A DNA stretch of 64,000 nucleotides, taken from positions 1 to 64,000 of the IMG/VR virus record IMGVR_UViG_3300008262_000014. One strand, written 5' to 3'. Below the pieces are notes generated by a model. That model saw only the letters and a list, made by a program, of their open reading frames with translations, ran no database searches and was not told where the DNA came from. Positions 1 through 8,239 of the stretch are shown here, piece by piece (position 1 is the stretch's first letter; every line of letters begins with the position of its first letter). A program made the position numbers and the translations under genes. Source of the DNA: a virus.

Positions 1-141
1 CTCGTCATTGTAAATCTTTTCTTCATTAAACAAATTATCTTCTTCATTCTGTTTTTTTAATTTTTTATAAACTTGTACATCAAATACCATTTTGGTGATT
101 AATGTTACTAACACTAATAAAAAAATTGTTGCTCCAATCAT
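1..141 (-). CDS. Small membrane-anchored hypothetical protein (runs off window edge; not in ORF track)
   Basis: ATG at 141; translates MIGATIFLLVLVTLITKMVFDVQVYKKLKKQNEEDNLF... with no stop before position 1; hydrophobic N-terminus. Confidence 0.6.
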   Translation of the reverse strand, partial: MIGATIFLLVLVTLITKMVFDVQVYKKLKKQNEEDNLFNEEKIYNDE

Positions 142-145
142 AGTT

Positions 146-601
146 TTAAAATTTTAATTTTTGTTTTGATAATGTTATATTTGAAAATTCCTTTTCTCCT
201 GTTATTTCTCTACCGAACCAATCAATCGGTGTAAATTTATCACAATCTTCCTGTGTTTTAAATTCAACCTCGGCAACTATTAATCCATTTGGATAGGTGT
301 CGATATCGACAACATATTCGTGATTAAGTGGTGATATTGTTGTTCTGATTTTTTCTAATTTATATTTACATTTACCCAAAAGTTCTAACCCATCTAATAA
401 TGGAATTTCATATTCGTATTCGTCACGAATTTTACCTTTTGTGTATTTTATACAAAGGAAACTTTGGTGATCAATTACTCTGACTCTAACTTGTTTTCCT
501 TTACCTTGAAAAAGGTATCCTTGTTTGATTAGTTTTTTTGGACCCAAGTCTTGTGAAAAAGAACTATCAATTAAAAATTTTCTTTCTATTTCTTTTGCCA
601 T
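146..601 (-). CDS. CYTH-domain protein (triphosphate tunnel metalloenzyme / class IV adenylate cyclase-like)
   Basis: N-terminal EIERKFL, QGYL, RVRV, EYEYEIP, AEVEF motifs typical of CYTH. Confidence 0.9.
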   Translation of the reverse strand: MAKEIERKFLIDSSFSQDLGPKKLIKQGYLFQGKGKQVRVRVIDHQSFLCIKYTKGKIRDEYEYEIPLLDGLELLGKCKYKLEKIRTTISPLNHEYVVDIDTYPNGLIVAEVEFKTQEDCDKFTPIDWFGREITGEKEFSNITLSKQKLKF

Positions 602-610
602 ATTTTATTT

Positions 611-1195
611 TTAAGGACAATATAATATTGTTGGATTATCTTTGTGTACATCAATTCCAGAAAATGTCTCTCTAAATTTTTTTAAATTAAACGGTCTTGT
701 AATTACATGTACACCATTTTTAGTTGGTATAATTTCCATCATTGGTTCTTTTTCAGTTTGTAATTGTAGATTAGTTAATTCAAATAATACATCATTTATA
801 TTATTATCAATAGAATCTATATCAACAATCCATTTTTTATCAGTATCAGAATGGTACTCTCCACAAATAGAATCAAATGCCGTTTTAATCGCTTTATTAT
901 TTCCACTTGAAATATGATCGGCAACTCTTCTAATCATTTGGAGACCAATTTTTTTATAATTTCTTTTATTTAAACGAAAATACGCTCTAGCATTTTCATA
1001 TTGACACAATAAAATTATTCTTGGTATAAGTTTAATATATTGATCCATAGATTCGACATAATAGTTTTTAATAACCACCATATCTTTTTCCATCTCAGGG
1101 TTGTCTTTTCTTCTTTTAAGAATTTGAAGAAAATAAAAATCATCTTTTTCAAAAGTAATCATTGTACCTATCTTGGCACTATTATTAACTTCCAT
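611..1195 (-). CDS. Hypothetical protein, possible AEP (primase-polymerase) fold
   Basis: WIVDID (DxD) and TKNGVH (GxH) resemble AEP motifs I and II. Confidence 0.45.
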   Translation of the reverse strand: MEVNNSAKIGTMITFEKDDFYFLQILKRRKDNPEMEKDMVVIKNYYVESMDQYIKLIPRIILLCQYENARAYFRLNKRNYKKIGLQMIRRVADHISSGNNKAIKTAFDSICGEYHSDTDKKWIVDIDSIDNNINDVLFELTNLQLQTEKEPMMEIIPTKNGVHVITRPFNLKKFRETFSGIDVHKDNPTILYCP

Positions 1196-1471
1196 TTATT
1201 TACCGAATTTAAAATTTTTCAAATCAATATAATCAGGAACAGAAATGTTTTTTATTCTTCTATACATCAACTCATTACGCATTAAATCTAATTGATCAGG
1301 TCCATATACAAGAATCCTTTCATCAATAAAATGAATGATGTTTTTGAGATGTTCATCTGATAAATCTTTAATATATCTTTCGGTTAGTGGTTCATCTCCA
1401 TTTCTACCAAAAGATCCCCATTGTTCAATTTCCCTAATTCGTTCATGTTTTTCAATATCAAACATAATCAT
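1196..1471 (-). CDS. Hypothetical protein
   Basis: 91-aa ORF abutting neighbours in the operon. Confidence 0.7.
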   Translation of the reverse strand: MIMFDIEKHERIREIEQWGSFGRNGDEPLTERYIKDLSDEHLKNIIHFIDERILVYGPDQLDLMRNELMYRRIKNISVPDYIDLKNFKFGK

Positions 1472-1641
1472 TTATTTTTACTGTTAATAATAAAATAAAC
1501 CATAAAATATGTTGTAAGATAAGATAACAAAAACCAATCAATTAAATTAATTGGTTGATTAAACATATACTGTCTAGCACTATATATACCAAGTGTATAA
1601 ACACCAAAAGTAAAAAATATAAAAGCCAAAAATCTTTTCAC
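1468..1641 (-). CDS. Small two-TM membrane protein (57 aa; not in ORF track)
   Basis: GTG start right after the exonuclease stop; MKRFLAFIFFTFGVYTLGIYSARQYMFNQPINLIDWFLLSYLTTYFMVYFIINSKNK; ATGA overlap with the next gene. Confidence 0.65.
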   Translation of the reverse strand: MKRFLAFIFFTFGVYTLGIYSARQYMFNQPINLIDWFLLSYLTTYFMVYFIINSKNK

Positions 1642-2310
1642 TTAATAAAATTTTCTCAATATTTTAATCACATCCCAAGCATCCTCTAAAGCGTTATGTG
1701 TAACTATACCTTCAACATTTGCTCTTTTTTTACATTCAGTTAACGAAGGTAATGATTCATCTTCACTCCAATTACAAAATAATATAGATGGATCGATTAC
1801 TCTTTGTCTGGTTCTAATAAGTTTCTTCCACCAAGGTAATTGTTCCAGAAATAACTTATCAAATGTACCAAAATTTTTACCAGCAACATTTATTGTGATT
1901 GGTTTTGTGTGAGAACCAATCACAGGAAATGTTTTACCTCTAATAATCTGTACGGTGTTACCACCCTCAACTAAACTATAACCAAATCCATTTTCAAATA
2001 GAAACATAAAAAATGCTTTAACAACATTATCTTGTTCATGAAATTCATAACCTGTTGTTAGTTTTAAATGGTATCGTGTATTTTCATCACCTTCAAGATA
2101 TAAACCCATGTGGTTTATGATATCCTTATTCATTGTTAATGCCTTTGGTGATCCGACTATTTCATTTTGAAGGACTATAGCATTGAACTTGGGGAGTTCC
2201 TCAAATGGTAATTTTTTGGTGGTATCTTCTATTATTGCACCAATTGAGAGTACTTTGTGATTTCCCGAATCCAATCCGGATGTTTCAATGTCTATTGAAC
2301 AATATATCAT
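1642..2310 (-). CDS. DEDDh 3'-5' exonuclease (DnaQ/oligoribonuclease-like)
   Basis: IDIETSGLD, GKNFGTFD, HNALEDA motifs. Confidence 0.88.
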   Translation of the reverse strand: MIYCSIDIETSGLDSGNHKVLSIGAIIEDTTKKLPFEELPKFNAIVLQNEIVGSPKALTMNKDIINHMGLYLEGDENTRYHLKLTTGYEFHEQDNVVKAFFMFLFENGFGYSLVEGGNTVQIIRGKTFPVIGSHTKPITINVAGKNFGTFDKLFLEQLPWWKKLIRTRQRVIDPSILFCNWSEDESLPSLTECKKRANVEGIVTHNALEDAWDVIKILRKFY

Positions 2311-2327
2311 AATTTATATCTATGATA

Positions 2328-2335
2328 CAAATATA
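2328..2335 (-). promoter_or_regulatory. Bacteroidota-type -7 promoter element TATATTTG
   Basis: Matches TAnnTTTG upstream of the exonuclease start. Confidence 0.6.
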
Positions 2336-2352
2336 AACAAATAATTTGGAAA

Positions 2353-2386
2353 TAAAAAAAATAATCCCCAAATCTTGGGGATTATT
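2353..2386 (-). terminator. Intrinsic terminator
   Basis: AATAATCCCCAA/TTGGGGATTATT inverted repeat with a U-tract on the minus strand, just after the 2392..2688 stop. Confidence 0.85.
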
Positions 2387-2391
2387 ATGAC

Positions 2392-2688
2392 TTACTTAGG
2401 TGCCACAATTACTTTTCCCGTTTCAGTATCCGTAACAACTATATTACCATTTTGATCTTTACCTATTAGTGCTTTTGGTACATTCTTTTCTCCTTCAAAA
2501 TCGAGTTCTGATGGGTCAATACCATATTTTTCAAGATTCCCATACAATCCCATTTGTTCATCAGGTAATTCCTCAGGTTGAATTTGAGTATCAAAATCAT
2601 CAAATTCAGAATCTTTTTCGTTTTCTTTCAATATATTATTAACAATTCTTTCAATATCTGATTGTTTTAATTTTATTACTTTTGACAT
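2392..2688 (-). CDS. Acidic hypothetical protein with KLKQSDIERIVNNILKE motif (putative virion-internal)
   Basis: 98-aa ORF, upstream ATATTTAT motif, own terminator. Confidence 0.7.
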   Translation of the reverse strand: MSKVIKLKQSDIERIVNNILKENEKDSEFDDFDTQIQPEELPDEQMGLYGNLEKYGIDPSELDFEGEKNVPKALIGKDQNGNIVVTDTETGKVIVAPK

Positions 2689-2715
2689 AAAATTATTTTA
2701 TAATAAATATCGCGA

Positions 2716-2904
2716 TTAATCAAAAAATGATTTTATTGTAAATACTATGATTGCAATAATTATTAAAATTGCAAATCCACCCCATAACGGAGCGGTTACC
2801 CACCACCAAGACCAATCAATTACTTTGGTTAATTTTAAGGTCATGAATATTAAAAACATTAAACCAAAAAAACCAATACCACCTGAACTTTTATTTTCTG
2901 ACAT
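2716..2904 (-). CDS. Small two-TM membrane protein (LKLTxVIDWSWWWVxAPLW type)
   Basis: Hydrophobic 62 aa with a motif common in phage membrane proteins. Confidence 0.75.
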   Translation of the reverse strand: MSENKSSGGIGFFGLMFLIFMTLKLTKVIDWSWWWVTAPLWGGFAILIIIAIIVFTIKSFFD

Positions 2905-2919
2905 AATTTTAATTTAAAA

Positions 2920-3109
2920 AGTTGGGTTCAAAGATCAAACAAAATAAATATGAAAAGAGTTTTAATGATTGACTTTTCTAATTTTGACTATTTGTGTGTT
3001 AAGTTTTGAATACATTAACATCATCTTATAATCGATATTGTGCTTATAGAATTGGTAACGGAGACCAACCGTTGTCTATTATTTATCAGTTATCACTTAT
3101 CCCCCAACT
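2920..3109 (-). ncRNA. Candidate structured RNA downstream of the DIP1984-like gene
   Basis: 214-nt gap in an otherwise gapless region; ends pair (AGUUGGG/CCCAACU); internal hairpins and 7-nt GAUAA repeats. Confidence 0.5.
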
Positions 3110-3118
3110 AAGAGTTTA

Positions 3119-3553
3119 TTAATCAATTAATGTGTTATGATTCCAAATATCCAATTCATCTTGGATCATTTCAATTTTAAGTTCCAAGTTTTTAACCATA
3201 TTATCTCTCTCAATAATATTTATTTCGGATTGTTTAACAACTATTTTATCGTCCCATCTACTTGCATTGACTTTTCCATTTGTACAGTCTAAACCCCTCA
3301 AAAGTTTAACTTGGTTTTTTAATTCAGCAAGTTCAAAAATTCTATTATACATTGGGACATTGGCCTTATGTATTTTAGTTTTTAACTTAATCAACTCATC
3401 AGTTAATTCAAACCATTTTTTGAGTGATTCTGTCGAGGAATATGGTCTTGTATTTCCTTCTTCAACCACATTGTATGTGTGTGCTTTAGTGTACTCTTCT
3501 TTAATTAATCCCACTAATTTGTTTTTTTGCTTTAACGCTTGTTTGATATTCAT
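3119..3553 (-). CDS. DIP1984/DUF6847 (septicolysin-like) coiled-coil protein
   Basis: MNIKQALKQKNKL...LIKLKTKIHKAN...IQDELDIWNHNTLI follows the family pattern MKLAEAL...IN.TN...IQ..NW.T.L. Confidence 0.6.
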   Translation of the reverse strand: MNIKQALKQKNKLVGLIKEEYTKAHTYNVVEEGNTRPYSSTESLKKWFELTDELIKLKTKIHKANVPMYNRIFELAELKNQVKLLRGLDCTNGKVNASRWDDKIVVKQSEINIIERDNMVKNLELKIEMIQDELDIWNHNTLID

Positions 3554-3599
3554 ATCTATGTTTTTTATAAAAGTAATAAAATTATTTCAAATAAAAAAA

Positions 3600-4256
3600 T
3601 TAACCTACAACATTTTTCATATCATCGGTATGATGATCTAAAGATCCGAGTTCTGAACCTATTTGTACTTTCTTCATTGGGTTCATAACTTCTCTCAATA
3701 AATCATATGGTCTAAATTCAGGATGTCCATCCATACCAATATCCATTCTTCTACCTCCACTTATTCTTTTATCTGTTGGTAAATGACAATGTCCGTGTAG
3801 ATGTATTCTACCTTTTCTAAGGTTATTCCAAGAAGTTATTGGGTAGTGCATACATTCAAGTGTTTCACCCATGTAATTTACCTGTAAAAACCATTGGACA
3901 CTACTAAATAAACTCCTACAATTACCCCTGTTTAAATCAATGTGGTGGTCGTGGTTACCCAATACCAAATGAACTTCTTCACATATAATTCTTTTTCTGA
4001 ATATTTCTATATTCTCAAATCCTCCGAACGACCAATCACCTAAATGAATAAGTACATCATCTTGACCAACAACTTCATTGATGTTATCAACGATTCTTGA
4101 ATTCATTTTTTCAATGGTATCAAAATCTCTTGTCTGAGTAATGGGTATTGATCCATCGGACATACGCCAATTTGTTACTCCTCTACATATATTTGTGTGA
4201 CTGTAATGGGTATCAGATGTTATCCAAACTTTTCTATCTTTATCTATTTTCAACAT
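3600..4256 (-). CDS. Calcineurin-like metallophosphoesterase
   Basis: SDTH, HLGD, GNHD, HYP, HGHCH motifs. Confidence 0.9.
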   Translation of the reverse strand: MLKIDKDRKVWITSDTHYSHTNICRGVTNWRMSDGSIPITQTRDFDTIEKMNSRIVDNINEVVGQDDVLIHLGDWSFGGFENIEIFRKRIICEEVHLVLGNHDHHIDLNRGNCRSLFSSVQWFLQVNYMGETLECMHYPITSWNNLRKGRIHLHGHCHLPTDKRISGGRRMDIGMDGHPEFRPYDLLREVMNPMKKVQIGSELGSLDHHTDDMKNVVG

Positions 4257-4261
4257 ATAAA

Positions 4262-4269
4262 CAAAGATA
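4262..4269 (-). promoter_or_regulatory. Bacteroidota-type -7 element TATCTTTG
   Basis: TAnnTTTG match only 5 nt before the ATG at 4256. Confidence 0.6.
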
Positions 4270-4290
4270 AGAATTTTAAAATAACAATAA

Positions 4291-4324
4291 AAAAAAAATC
4301 TCCGTTTTTTTTCGGAGATTTTTT
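4291..4324. terminator. Intrinsic terminator (possibly bidirectional)
   Basis: AAAAAATCTCCG...CGGAGATTTTTT inverted repeat with A/T tracts on both sides. Confidence 0.85.
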
Positions 4325-4327
4325 AAT

Positions 4328-5560
4328 TTATTTTAATTTTTTGATTATTCTATCAAATAATTTATCTACTTTATTTTCTCTCAATTCTAATCTACCTTTA
4401 ACTGCCTTCGGTAACATACTACTTGGTTTTATTGCCATAATTTGATTTTTTATATCATAAAAACATTCAATTAAACCTTGTTTTATTTGTGGATTATCCA
4501 ATACAGTATAATCATAATCAAATTTTGTATATGGTTTGTCTAATTCAAAATTAACTGTTTTATCACAAGATAATGTGTAATCTTTAACTAAACCTCCACC
4601 AATCGTAAATTCTTGTTCTAATTTTTTACCAAATTTTATCCCCAAATTAACATTCCAATTGTACGTATTATTATTATTTAACGTACCACTTATCCTAAAA
4701 TCTTGTCTAATTGCAACATCTAAATTATCACTATGTAAACCAAACTTATCTAAAAAATAAACAGGAGTTTTACCTTCATATTCTTTCTGATTTTTTTTAG
4801 TTTCAACCCAATTTCTATATATTTTATTGAACTGTCTGGCTAAGTGTAAACTTTCCATATTTGTGGGTAAATCATCTAATTTACCACTTTTATACATTGT
4901 TCTTTTGAGAATTAAATCCTTAAAATCATCAATATTTTTATAAAAATCAAAAGAGTGTGTACCCCATTCTATAGATTCATTTGATAATTCTGTATAATTA
5001 TCCGTGAATTTTTCATCAACAAATATTTTAGGTATACTTCTAATTTCTAAATCTTTGTTTGTTTCATCATTAGAAAAAAATGATTTAATAAGTGGATGTA
5101 ATCTTCTTTTCAATCTTTCTTGTGTTGATATACGATCTCCCGATGATTGATATTTATGACCAAGATAATCTAAAACGGGCCATTCTCCTGTAGATCTTTC
5201 ACACGCCTCAACTTGTGGTTCTAAATTATATTGTGTTCTCAACTGTTGTAACCAATCACTATGTTTCTCTAAAAATTCGTTTAATTCATCACAACCTAAT
5301 GGTACTATTATTCTTTCTTGACCTGCTATTTGTTCGGGATTTGCAATCCAAAAATCGGGTATTCCGACTTTACCACGTGGTGTTGGATTATCGGGATGCC
5401 ATCCGGAAACCATTTTAGGTATATTTAATTCGCCCGTTTTTTTATCTATTGTATATTTACCAATTACAGGATCTTTCATTTGTCTTCTGGCCATTTCTTC
5501 CACGTCCATACTATTGACTTCCTTAATGATTTTTATTAAACTATTTTTTTTGAATTCCAT
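4328..5560 (-). CDS. Hypothetical protein (putative virion-associated)
   Basis: 410 aa; upstream TATTTATA; terminal amphipathic motifs shared with other late genes. Confidence 0.75.
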   Translation of the reverse strand: MEFKKNSLIKIIKEVNSMDVEEMARRQMKDPVIGKYTIDKKTGELNIPKMVSGWHPDNPTPRGKVGIPDFWIANPEQIAGQERIIVPLGCDELNEFLEKHSDWLQQLRTQYNLEPQVEACERSTGEWPVLDYLGHKYQSSGDRISTQERLKRRLHPLIKSFFSNDETNKDLEIRSIPKIFVDEKFTDNYTELSNESIEWGTHSFDFYKNIDDFKDLILKRTMYKSGKLDDLPTNMESLHLARQFNKIYRNWVETKKNQKEYEGKTPVYFLDKFGLHSDNLDVAIRQDFRISGTLNNNNTYNWNVNLGIKFGKKLEQEFTIGGGLVKDYTLSCDKTVNFELDKPYTKFDYDYTVLDNPQIKQGLIECFYDIKNQIMAIKPSSMLPKAVKGRLELRENKVDKLFDRIIKKLK

Positions 5561-5578
5561 GATTTTATATTATAAATA

Positions 5579-7099
5579 TTAAGAAACGTCTGATTTTCTT
5601 GTTTTATTATATGCGGCAATTAATGGTTGTGACATGGAATTAACTTGTGATGCGATTTTACGAACTAATTCTTCATATTCTATTCCGCTGGCATATCTTT
5701 GTTCTTTGTAGTTTACAAAGTTTTTAATTAAATCAGCAGCTGTTTTATTTGACTTACTTAAGTAATCCCTTGCAATATACTTAAAATAACTATTAATACC
5801 ATCTTGTTGTGTGGAGAAATATTTTTTTCTACCATCATCCCAGTTGCCAATGTTGTATGGATTATTTGTTTCGATAGGTACACTTTTTGTATAATCTTTA
5901 GGTTTTTGTCCTATTCTTACACCATGACCAACACCACCTTCGGCCGCTAATTGTCCTAAAGCTAATTCTGGTGGTACATATGCGATTTTGTATACTGATG
6001 CGGCACCATTCGCTAACATTTTTCCTGTGATATTTAATGGGTTTTCTCTTGTACTAATAAATCTATCACATATGTCTTCATATAACTTTAAACCTTCACT
6101 TGTATTTAAATCAATGTCGGTAAAAATATCACCACCGCCTGTTGTAATTACTTTATCGATGTGTTTACTTAAATCTTCAGGTTTTACTCCTCTGGCTTTT
6201 AATTTATCAACCATAACATTAACCATCTCAGCGGTAATAACTGATTTTTCAGTGGATTCATCTTCTTTACTAAAATCATAAGTACCGAGATCCTTATCAA
6301 CATATTTTAATGGATTAACCAACGATCCATTTTTCTTTAATTCAAAATGTAAATGTGCTCCTCTTGAATTTCCTCTACCAATATCATTGGATCCACCTCC
6401 CGTTAATCCAAGTACCTGTCCTTGTTTAACACTATCACCAATATTAACATCTATTCTTTTGGCGTGACAATATCTACTTATAAAACCATTTTGATGATCT
6501 ACTTGGATGGTCCCACCACAAGCACCTTTTTTAAATTTAGCATCAATAACTTTACCATCGGCTGGTGATTGTATTTTAGTACCTGATGGTACCCCGATAT
6601 CCACACCAGGATGTGTTTCATAACTTCTTTTTTTACCAAATGGTGATGTAACCCTATCAATATTAACAGGGGCCATTAAAATTTGTGATTCGTTTATGCT
6701 TTCTTTTATATTATTATCTAATTTAAATTTATCAACTGCCTCCCCTGTTTCCGGACCGAATAGTCCATCCACACCATGTCTAGGTAGTTCATACCCTAAA
6801 AGAATTAATCCAATTTGAACTGTTTCTACATTTTTTTGATATGTCATGCTACCAAAAGATTGTTGAAAAATTGGTTCATCGATTGATTCCAATGTATCGA
6901 AGAATTCTTTTACGTTATCAGAGACTAAATCCGCCTTTTCAGGTTCATCTATTTTAACCTCTTTTTCATTATCTGTCTTATTATCTTTTACTCCTATCTT
7001 ACTTAATAATCTATCTAGGAATCCATCATCTTCAGAAATAAGATTTTTATAAGTTAAACCGTGAATTCTTTCTAATTCTTCTTTTAAACTTCTTTTCAT
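5579..7099 (-). CDS. Multi-domain peptidoglycan hydrolase: PG-binding + M23 peptidase + lysozyme/glucosaminidase-like domain
   Basis: GVDGLFGPETGEAV (PG-binding); HPGVD and HLHFE (M23); LGQLAAEGG...NNPYNIGN...YAS (lysozyme-like). Confidence 0.85.
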   Translation of the reverse strand: MKRSLKEELERIHGLTYKNLISEDDGFLDRLLSKIGVKDNKTDNEKEVKIDEPEKADLVSDNVKEFFDTLESIDEPIFQQSFGSMTYQKNVETVQIGLILLGYELPRHGVDGLFGPETGEAVDKFKLDNNIKESINESQILMAPVNIDRVTSPFGKKRSYETHPGVDIGVPSGTKIQSPADGKVIDAKFKKGACGGTIQVDHQNGFISRYCHAKRIDVNIGDSVKQGQVLGLTGGGSNDIGRGNSRGAHLHFELKKNGSLVNPLKYVDKDLGTYDFSKEDESTEKSVITAEMVNVMVDKLKARGVKPEDLSKHIDKVITTGGGDIFTDIDLNTSEGLKLYEDICDRFISTRENPLNITGKMLANGAASVYKIAYVPPELALGQLAAEGGVGHGVRIGQKPKDYTKSVPIETNNPYNIGNWDDGRKKYFSTQQDGINSYFKYIARDYLSKSNKTAADLIKNFVNYKEQRYASGIEYEELVRKIASQVNSMSQPLIAAYNKTRKSDVS

Positions 7100-7136
7100 A
7101 TCTAAATAAATATTATGTAAATATGGTTTTTTTATT

Positions 7137-7631
7137 TCACTCAGATAAGATTTTAATTATTTTTTCTTTTAAACCGGTTTGTTTTATACCTTCACTATCC
7201 TTTGTTTTTACAAATCTATCTAAACCATAAAAACCCATATCTAAATCATCAATAATTACATATGACCCAACGTCGTGATTTTTAATATAATTTTCTATTT
7301 CATTTATTCTATTTTTTTCTAAATTTGACATAGAAACGTGCATATTTTGAGTAAATCCGACAGGTGATTTAATTATTTGATTAAATTTAAATATTTGGTC
7401 GATTTCTTCTATGTCCCAATGTAACCTCCAATCTGACGATAGGATAATTTGAGAATCTGTTTCTTGTAAAATTTCATTTAATATCTTTACACATTCTGGG
7501 TTATATGGGTACGGTATGTGTAATTTTCTAGCTATTTCAAATTTTTTATGGAATTTAGTTCTATTTCTACTATATTCTTTATTTGTTGCCAGTACACCAT
7601 CAATATCTAAAAATATTGTTCTTTTTTTCAT
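7137..7631 (-). CDS. HAD-superfamily phosphatase (HAD_SAK_2, RNA-repair-associated type)
   Basis: IFLDIDGVL, IILSSDWR, YVIIDD. Confidence 0.85.
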   Translation of the reverse strand: MKKRTIFLDIDGVLATNKEYSRNRTKFHKKFEIARKLHIPYPYNPECVKILNEILQETDSQIILSSDWRLHWDIEEIDQIFKFNQIIKSPVGFTQNMHVSMSNLEKNRINEIENYIKNHDVGSYVIIDDLDMGFYGLDRFVKTKDSEGIKQTGLKEKIIKILSE

Positions 7632-7632
7632 A

Positions 7633-7950
7633 TTACGTCATAAAATATTTAGTTTTCCAAAATTGCCACCATTTTCTTTTAATAATTGGTTTACATTCGG
7701 AAAAAGGATTTTGACCAAAATTAACTTTATTGAGATACTTTGATGTCATCATGTTCAAAAATATCTCATGATATTTTTCAGGTATGTTATTAAAATCGGC
7801 GGTTATATTTATTTCCAAGTCAATAACACCGTCAGTTGTTGTTGCGGATAAATGTTCTTTTAACTTAACTACAGTAGACGTTTTTATATCAAAATAACTT
7901 GGTCCTCCTATGTTAACTTCGTCATTAAATCTTTTGTTATTAGATTCCAT
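7633..7950 (-). CDS. Hypothetical protein
   Basis: 105 aa; KRKWWQFWK amphipathic tail. Confidence 0.7.
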   Translation of the reverse strand: MESNNKRFNDEVNIGGPSYFDIKTSTVVKLKEHLSATTTDGVIDLEINITADFNNIPEKYHEIFLNMMTSKYLNKVNFGQNPFSECKPIIKRKWWQFWKTKYFMT

Positions 7951-7961
7951 ATTTAATTTTT

Positions 7962-8225
7962 TTATTCTGTTTCTGATTCCATAATTACTTCAAATAACAT
8001 TGAACAAACTGAATCTTGTTCTCTCATTTTTTCAAGGGTTATTTGATACCTATTTAATTCTACTTCAATTGGAAACATTGATTGTTTAATAGAATCTGAA
8101 ATTCTTTTTTGATCTTTAATCTCATAATTTAATTGTTTATTTATATTAACCAACATGAAATATTTGTAAGTCACAATTAAACAAAACATAACACTTAAAA
8201 CCAAATAAATTTTAATTTTTTTCAT
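7962..8225 (-). CDS. Membrane-anchored coiled-coil protein
   Basis: N-terminal TM helix followed by a heptad region. Confidence 0.65.
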   Translation of the reverse strand: MKKIKIYLVLSVMFCLIVTYKYFMLVNINKQLNYEIKDQKRISDSIKQSMFPIEVELNRYQITLEKMREQDSVCSMLFEVIMESETE

Positions 8226-8239
8226 AAACCGTGTGTTTT

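Noticed and set aside
7095-7121. Fourth start-occluding hairpin at the M23 hydrolase start
   Set aside because: Only about 7 of 8 AT pairs (TTTTCATA/TATGTAAA), too weak to distinguish from chance
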